Assembly: GCA_043818055.1 (NCBI GenBank)
Contig: JBDRGF010000160.1
Coordinates: 1-15,726, forward strand
Direction: 5' to 3'
Source of the DNA: Pseudomonadota bacterium
Lineage (GTDB): Bacteria; UBA10199; 2-02-FULL-44-16; JBDRGF01
Length of the DNA stretch: 15,726 nt
Shown: positions 12,345 through 15,726 of the stretch, in pieces
Layout of the letters: every line of letters starts with the position of its first letter
Numbering within the stretch: position 1 is the first letter of the stretch
The notes under the pieces: generated by a model
Seen by the model: only the letters and a program-made list of their open reading frames with translations
Told to the model about the DNA's origin: nothing
The model's database searches: none
Made by a program: the position numbers and the translations under genes

Positions 12345-12453
12345 ATCATTCCTCCTTGAAATTAACCCCAACTGCCTAAAGTACCACCAAAAATGAGTTA
12401 CCAAACAGATGGGAAGCCTTTACATTATTAAAGGCTATTTAAGTTGATAACGT

Positions 12454-12978
12454 TTAGTTTAGTTTTTCCTTCTTGTCTCTGATTGCTGCGATGGCGGTCA
12501 CGAGCCCCCTTGAGACCGCAGCCAGGACACCTACTGTGTTGCTCGCAGGCGCCAACATAGAGGATAACATCCTTGAATAGAGAACCTCTCTTGTCGGAAG
12601 TTTGGAGAGCATTTCGATATCCATCAAGCTTAAGACCTGACCTGCCAAAAAACCTCCACGCAATTTCAGATGCGGATGATCTTTGGCAAAACCAACGAGT
12701 ATCTTCGCCGGATCGACAGGATCGACATCGGTATAAGCAATTGCAGTCGGATTGTTGAAAAATTTATCGACATCGTTTATTCCCAAGTCCTTGAGCGCTA
12801 TCTTCGCCATCCTGTTTTTCACGACCTTCAGGCTTGACTGACTCTCATACAACTTGCTTCTGAGATCGCTGATCTCTCCAACCTTGAGACCTCTATAGCC
12901 TGTAAAAATAAGGGATTTGGAATTTTTAAATTTTTCTTTAATAAATTCAACCTGAGCTTCTTTTTCTTGTCTATTCAC
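12454..12978 (-). CDS. rplJ: 50S ribosomal protein L10
   Basis: 174 aa, GTG start with AGGAGG SD. Motifs YRGLKV, KVVKN and LSKLPTRE. Lies between rplA and rplL. Confidence 0.97.
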   Translation of the reverse strand: MNRQEKEAQVEFIKEKFKNSKSLIFTGYRGLKVGEISDLRSKLYESQSSLKVVKNRMAKIALKDLGINDVDKFFNNPTAIAYTDVDPVDPAKILVGFAKDHPHLKLRGGFLAGQVLSLMDIEMLSKLPTREVLYSRMLSSMLAPASNTVGVLAAVSRGLVTAIAAIRDKKEKLN

Positions 12979-13035
12979 TTTCGTCCTCCTAGTACTTATT
13001 TTTCCATCGGGGAATCGATCCCTTCAGGTTCAAAA

Positions 13036-13731
13036 TTACATATTTTTAACCAATGTTGCGACATCAACTTTTACACCAGGGCTCATTGTCGATGATATCG
13101 ACATCTTCTTGAAATACGTTCCCTTTGAAGATGAAGGCTTCGCACGATTGACAGCCTCAATGAGAGCGATGATATTATTTTTCAGCTGTTCTTGCTTAAA
13201 TGATCGTTTCCCCACAGGGGCGTGAAGATTCGCAGCCTTATCAATGCGAAATTCAACCTTGCCCGCTTTGATATCTTTGACAGCCTTTCCGATATCTGCA
13301 GAGACTGTCCCTAATTTCGGATTCGGCATCATGCCACGCGGGCCTAAGACTTTTCCAAGCTTTCCGACTACACCCATCATATCAGGAGTAGCTACGACTT
13401 TATCAAAGTCGATATCTCCCTTTAAAACACGTTCGGCAAGATCATCAGCGCCAACCACGTCAGCACCGGCTTCGGTCGCTTCAAGAGCTTTGTCACCCTT
13501 TGCGAAAGCAGCAACCCTGACCTTCTTTCCGGTTCCATGCGGCAATGAACATGCGCCCCGGACTCCCTGATCAGACTGTTTTGGATCGACTCCCATGCAC
13601 AAAACAATTTCTACCGTCTCATCAAATTTCGTTTTGTTGAAGGATTCAATAAGGCCAAGCGCTTCATCCAAAGAGTACAACTTCTCAATATCAACTTTCT
13701 CATAATCCTTTTTCATTCTCTTGCCTGCCAT
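13036..13731 (-). CDS. rplA: 50S ribosomal protein L1
   Basis: 231 aa, with [25 protein letters not shown] and SSTMSPG. AGGAGG SD at 13738-13743. Confidence 0.99.
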   Translation of the reverse strand: MAGKRMKKDYEKVDIEKLYSLDEALGLIESFNKTKFDETVEIVLCMGVDPKQSDQGVRGACSLPHGTGKKVRVAAFAKGDKALEATEAGADVVGADDLAERVLKGDIDFDKVVATPDMMGVVGKLGKVLGPRGMMPNPKLGTVSADIGKAVKDIKAGKVEFRIDKAANLHAPVGKRSFKQEQLKNNIIALIEAVNRAKPSSSKGTYFKKMSISSTMSPGVKVDVATLVKNM

Positions 13732-13743
13732 CTATAACCTCCT

Positions 13744-13783
13744 AAGTTGTTCAAACGTCCGTATCTAAAACGAACTCCAACCT
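13744..13783 (-). promoter_or_regulatory. Putative ribosomal protein L1 autoregulatory RNA site upstream of rplA
   Basis: Minus strand AGGTTG-GA-GTTCGT-(TTTAGAT)-ACGGAC-GTTTGAA-CAACTT: two helices joined by a GA / G(N5)A asymmetric loop, the architecture of the E. coli L11-operon L1 operator. It abuts the rplA SD. Confidence 0.7.
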
Positions 13784-13796
13784 TTATAGTTTATCT

Positions 13797-14225
13797 TTAT
13801 ACAACATCGATTCCCATGCTTCTAGCTGTACCCTTGATCGTGTTCATGGCTGCTGTGAGAGAATTACAATTCAAGTCGGGCAACTTTAGCTTAGCTATCT
13901 CTTCGACCTGTTTGAGAGTCACAGTTCCGACCTTAACCTTGTTGGGAACTCCTGAACCCTTTTCAACCTTCGCGGCTTTGATCAAAAGAATAGAAGCCGG
14001 AGGAGTCTTGGTGATGAAGCTGAAGGAACGATCCTGATATACTGAAATGACCACAGGGATTATCATCCCCATATCCTTCTTGGTGCGCTCATTGAACTGT
14101 TTGCAAAATTCCATGATGTTCACACCATGTTGACCCAATGCGGGACCTACAGGTGGTGCTGGATTTGCCTGCCCTGCTGGGCATTGCAACTTGATCTGTG
14201 CTAAAATTTTCTTTTTGACTGCCAT
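13797..14225 (-). CDS. rplK: 50S ribosomal protein L11
   Basis: 142 aa, with [26 protein letters not shown] and GTARSMG. Confidence 0.99.
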   Translation of the reverse strand: MAVKKKILAQIKLQCPAGQANPAPPVGPALGQHGVNIMEFCKQFNERTKKDMGMIIPVVISVYQDRSFSFITKTPPASILLIKAAKVEKGSGVPNKVKVGTVTLKQVEEIAKLKLPDLNCNSLTAAMNTIKGTARSMGIDVV

Positions 14226-14247
14226 ATTGACCTCTATAGATTATTAG

Positions 14248-14787
14248 TTAGTTACCCTTCTCAACCTCAACCTGAGTAAAATCCAACTCAATAGGAGTGG
14301 ATCTACCAAATATGCTGACTAAGACTTTTAACTTACCCTTTTCCTCATTGACTTCATCAACTATGCCTACAAAATTCACAAAGGGCCCACTCGTAACCCT
14401 GATGTTCTCACCCTTGCAAAATTCTATCTTCGTCTTTGGTTTTAAAGTTCCCTCTTCAATCTGATGCGTGATCCGCTTTACTTCAGCTTCAGGAACAACG
14501 GGTGGATTCATCGATCCACCTACGAATCCTGTGATCTTTGGCGTACCTTTGACGATATGCCAGGTGAGTTCGCTGAGTTCCATCTTCACCAAAATATATC
14601 CCGGAAAAAAGCTATGGCGACGGGTCCTCTTCACACCCTTTTTAATCTCGACGACATCCTCGGCAGGAACTAGTATCTCATCAAAAAGATGCGCTGCCTT
14701 ATGTTGTAAAACCCTCTCCTGAAGGGCCTTTTTTGCCTTCTCTTCGTAACCTGAATAGGTATGAACCACATACCAGTTTTTAGCCAT
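14248..14787 (-). CDS. nusG: Transcription termination/antitermination factor NusG
   Basis: 179 aa, with WYVVHTYSGYE, FPGYILV and a KOW domain (GPFVNFVG...VSIFGRSTPIEL). Confidence 0.98.
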   Translation of the reverse strand: MAKNWYVVHTYSGYEEKAKKALQERVLQHKAAHLFDEILVPAEDVVEIKKGVKRTRRHSFFPGYILVKMELSELTWHIVKGTPKITGFVGGSMNPPVVPEAEVKRITHQIEEGTLKPKTKIEFCKGENIRVTSGPFVNFVGIVDEVNEEKGKLKVLVSIFGRSTPIELDFTQVEVEKGN

Positions 14788-14801
14788 TTAAACTCCATTC
14801 C

Positions 14802-15176
14802 CTACTGATAAAAAACCTTAACCATAAAGCCCCACAATGCGTCATAACCGAGCAGTATAATCGAGCAGATGCCTACCAAGACAGAAACCACACCGGTTGA
14901 CAGCACAGTCTCTTTTCGATTCGGCCATACAACCTTACCTAATTCACTCAGAACTTCATTGACAAAATCGTTGATCTTTTGATTCAAAATAAAAACAATA
15001 AAAACAACTAAACCACCAAATACACCGATCACATCATAGATTGGAACGAGCCAGTCGGCGCCAAAACCTATCTCAAGCCAGACAAAGATGCTCGCGAACA
15101 TCTCTCGCAACAGAAGCCAAACCAAAACCCCGCAGCCAAGATAGATTAAACTGATTGTCTTTTTGTTTCTTTGCAT
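14802..15176 (-). CDS. secE: Preprotein translocase subunit SecE (long form, about 3 hydrophobic segments)
   Basis: Start moved to ATG 15176 (MQRNKK..., 124 aa), which follows an AGAGGA SD. Signature FVNEVLSELGKVVWPNRKET followed by a TM segment. Lies between tRNA-Trp and nusG. Confidence 0.93.
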   Translation of the reverse strand: MQRNKKTISLIYLGCGVLVWLLLREMFASIFVWLEIGFGADWLVPIYDVIGVFGGLVVFIVFILNQKINDFVNEVLSELGKVVWPNRKETVLSTGVVSVLVGICSIILLGYDALWGFMVKVFYQ

Positions 15177-15186
15177 AATTCCTCTT

Positions 15187-15242
15187 CGTACGGCGTACCG
15201 TGTCAACCCTATCGCTGTACGCCGTACTCCGTACGCCGTACG
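15187..15242. repeat. Inverted heptamer tandem array (CGTACGG / CCGTACG) in the tRNA-Trp-secE spacer
   Basis: Left arm cgtacgg-cgtaccg (15187-15200). Right arm ctgtacg-ccgtact-ccgtacg-ccgtacg (15215-15242). 15187-15198 is the exact reverse complement of 15231-15242. Confidence 0.88.
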
Positions 15243-15249
15243 CATTTTG

Positions 15250-15322
15250 CAGGGGAGACAGGAATCGAACCTGCAACCCCCGGTTTTGGAGACCGGTGCT
15301 CTGCCAATTGAGCTACTCCCCT
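15250..15322 (-). tRNA. tRNA-Trp (anticodon CCA)
   Basis: AGGGGAGTAGCTCAATTGGCAGAGCACCGGTCTCCAAAACCGGGGGTTGCAGGTTCGATTCCTGTCTCCCCTG: 73 nt, acceptor AGGGGAG/CTCCCCT, anticodon CCA at 15289-15287, GTTCGA T-loop, G73. Canonical position before secE. Confidence 0.97.
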
Positions 15323-15328
15323 AAAAAA

Positions 15329-15399
15329 CAGTTTTTAGTGCTTAGTGTTTATACTATCCTGCCTTTCACTAAGTACTAAACACTACACACTACTAACTG
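15329..15399. repeat. Inverted heptamer tandem array (TAGTGYT / CACTAAN) in the rpmG-tRNA-Trp spacer
   Basis: Left arm cagtttt-tagtgct-tagtgtt-ta (15329-15351). Right arm cactaag-tactaaa-cactaca-cactact-aactg (15367-15399). The left arm matches the reverse complement of 15377-15399 at 19/23. Confidence 0.85.
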
Positions 15400-15402
15400 C
15401 CC

Positions 15403-15552
15403 TTACTTTGTCTCCTTATGAGGCGTGTGTTTCCTACAAAAAGGGCAATACTTCTTAAACTCCAGGCGTTCCTGCGTGCGTTGTTTATTCCTCGTTGTAG
15501 AATAATTTCTTCTTTTACACTCTGAACATGCCATTTGTACTATGGTTCTCAT
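15403..15552 (-). CDS. rpmG: 50S ribosomal protein L33 (zinc-binding C+ type)
   Basis: Manual translation, 49 aa: [49 protein letters not shown]. Two CxxC motifs, GGGAG SD. Below the ORF-track length cutoff. Confidence 0.97.
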   Translation of the reverse strand: MRTIVQMACSECKRRNYSTTRNKQRTQERLEFKKYCPFCRKHTPHKETK

Positions 15553-15584
15553 CACTATCTCCCACTAATCTTTAATGAAATATA

Positions 15585-15726
15585 TTATTCAATAACTTCA
15601 GCAACAACTCCGGCGCCGACTGTTCGGCCACCCTCTCTGATCGCAAATCTCAGTTCCTTCTCCATTGCGATCGGTGTGATCAACTCTATCTCTACTGTGA
15701 TGTTATCGCCCGGCATCACCATCTCC
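15585..15726 (-). CDS. tuf: Elongation factor Tu, C-terminal fragment (second copy, truncated by window end)
   Basis: Manual translation: [46 protein letters not shown], with stop TAA at 15587-15585. Confidence 0.98.
   Translation of the reverse strand, partial: EMVMPGDNITVEIELITPIAMEKELRFAIREGGRTVGAGVVAEVIE

Noticed and set aside
12345..12404. 20-aa N-terminal extension of L7/L12
   Set aside because: The perfect AAGGAGG SD precedes ATG 12344, and the extension does not resemble L12.
786..14722. Numerous plus-strand and alternate-frame ORFs of 60-187 aa in the ORF track
   Set aside because: They are shadows of highly conserved genes, with no recognisable motifs. Antisense open frames are expected from codon bias.
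15201..15206. Perfect TTGACA on the minus strand inside the heptamer element core
   Set aside because: There is no -10 at 16-18 bp (AGGAAT overlaps the SD), and it is too close to the secE start.
15177..15245. 23-aa N-terminal extension of SecE (MRTAYGVRRTA...) and the ORF 15073-15276
   Set aside because: These are translations of the heptamer array and tRNA. ATG 15176 has a proper SD, while ATG 15245 lies 5 nt from the tRNA end.
162..15399. Heptamer arrays as CRISPR or IS/MITE ends
   Set aside because: No 23-47 bp repeats with unique spacers, no cas or transposase gene, no shared terminal sequence and no evident target-site duplication.
15403..15552. Zinc-binding L33 as a novelty
   Set aside because: C+ L33 at the tuf-rpmG-tRNA-Trp-secE locus is the standard arrangement in many bacteria.

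Overview
Core housekeeping region of a bacterial chromosome. All genes are on the minus strand: tuf (3' end) - rpmG - tRNA-Trp(CCA) - secE - nusG - rplK - rplA - rplJ - rplL - rpoB - rpoC - rpsL - rpsG - fusA - tuf (5' end). The fused rif/str clusters between two tuf copies and the RpoC N-terminus ([16 protein letters not shown]) suggest a deltaproteobacterial-type lineage (inference). The proteins are intact, normal in length and show no obvious inteins or resistance alleles. The unusual signal is non-coding: four short intergenic spacers hold 7-bp-periodic tandem arrays, each with a different unit (TTCACGN, CGATAAC, CCGTACG, CACTAAN). Three of these are inverted arm-spacer-arm foldbacks, which suggests a shared, sequence-flexible heptamer foldback element. 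Also seen are an L1-binding-site-like RNA between rplK and rplA, no recognisable L10 leader, a good sigma70 promoter plus a terminator-like hairpin in the rpsL leader, and a tRNA-Trp gene without encoded CCA.
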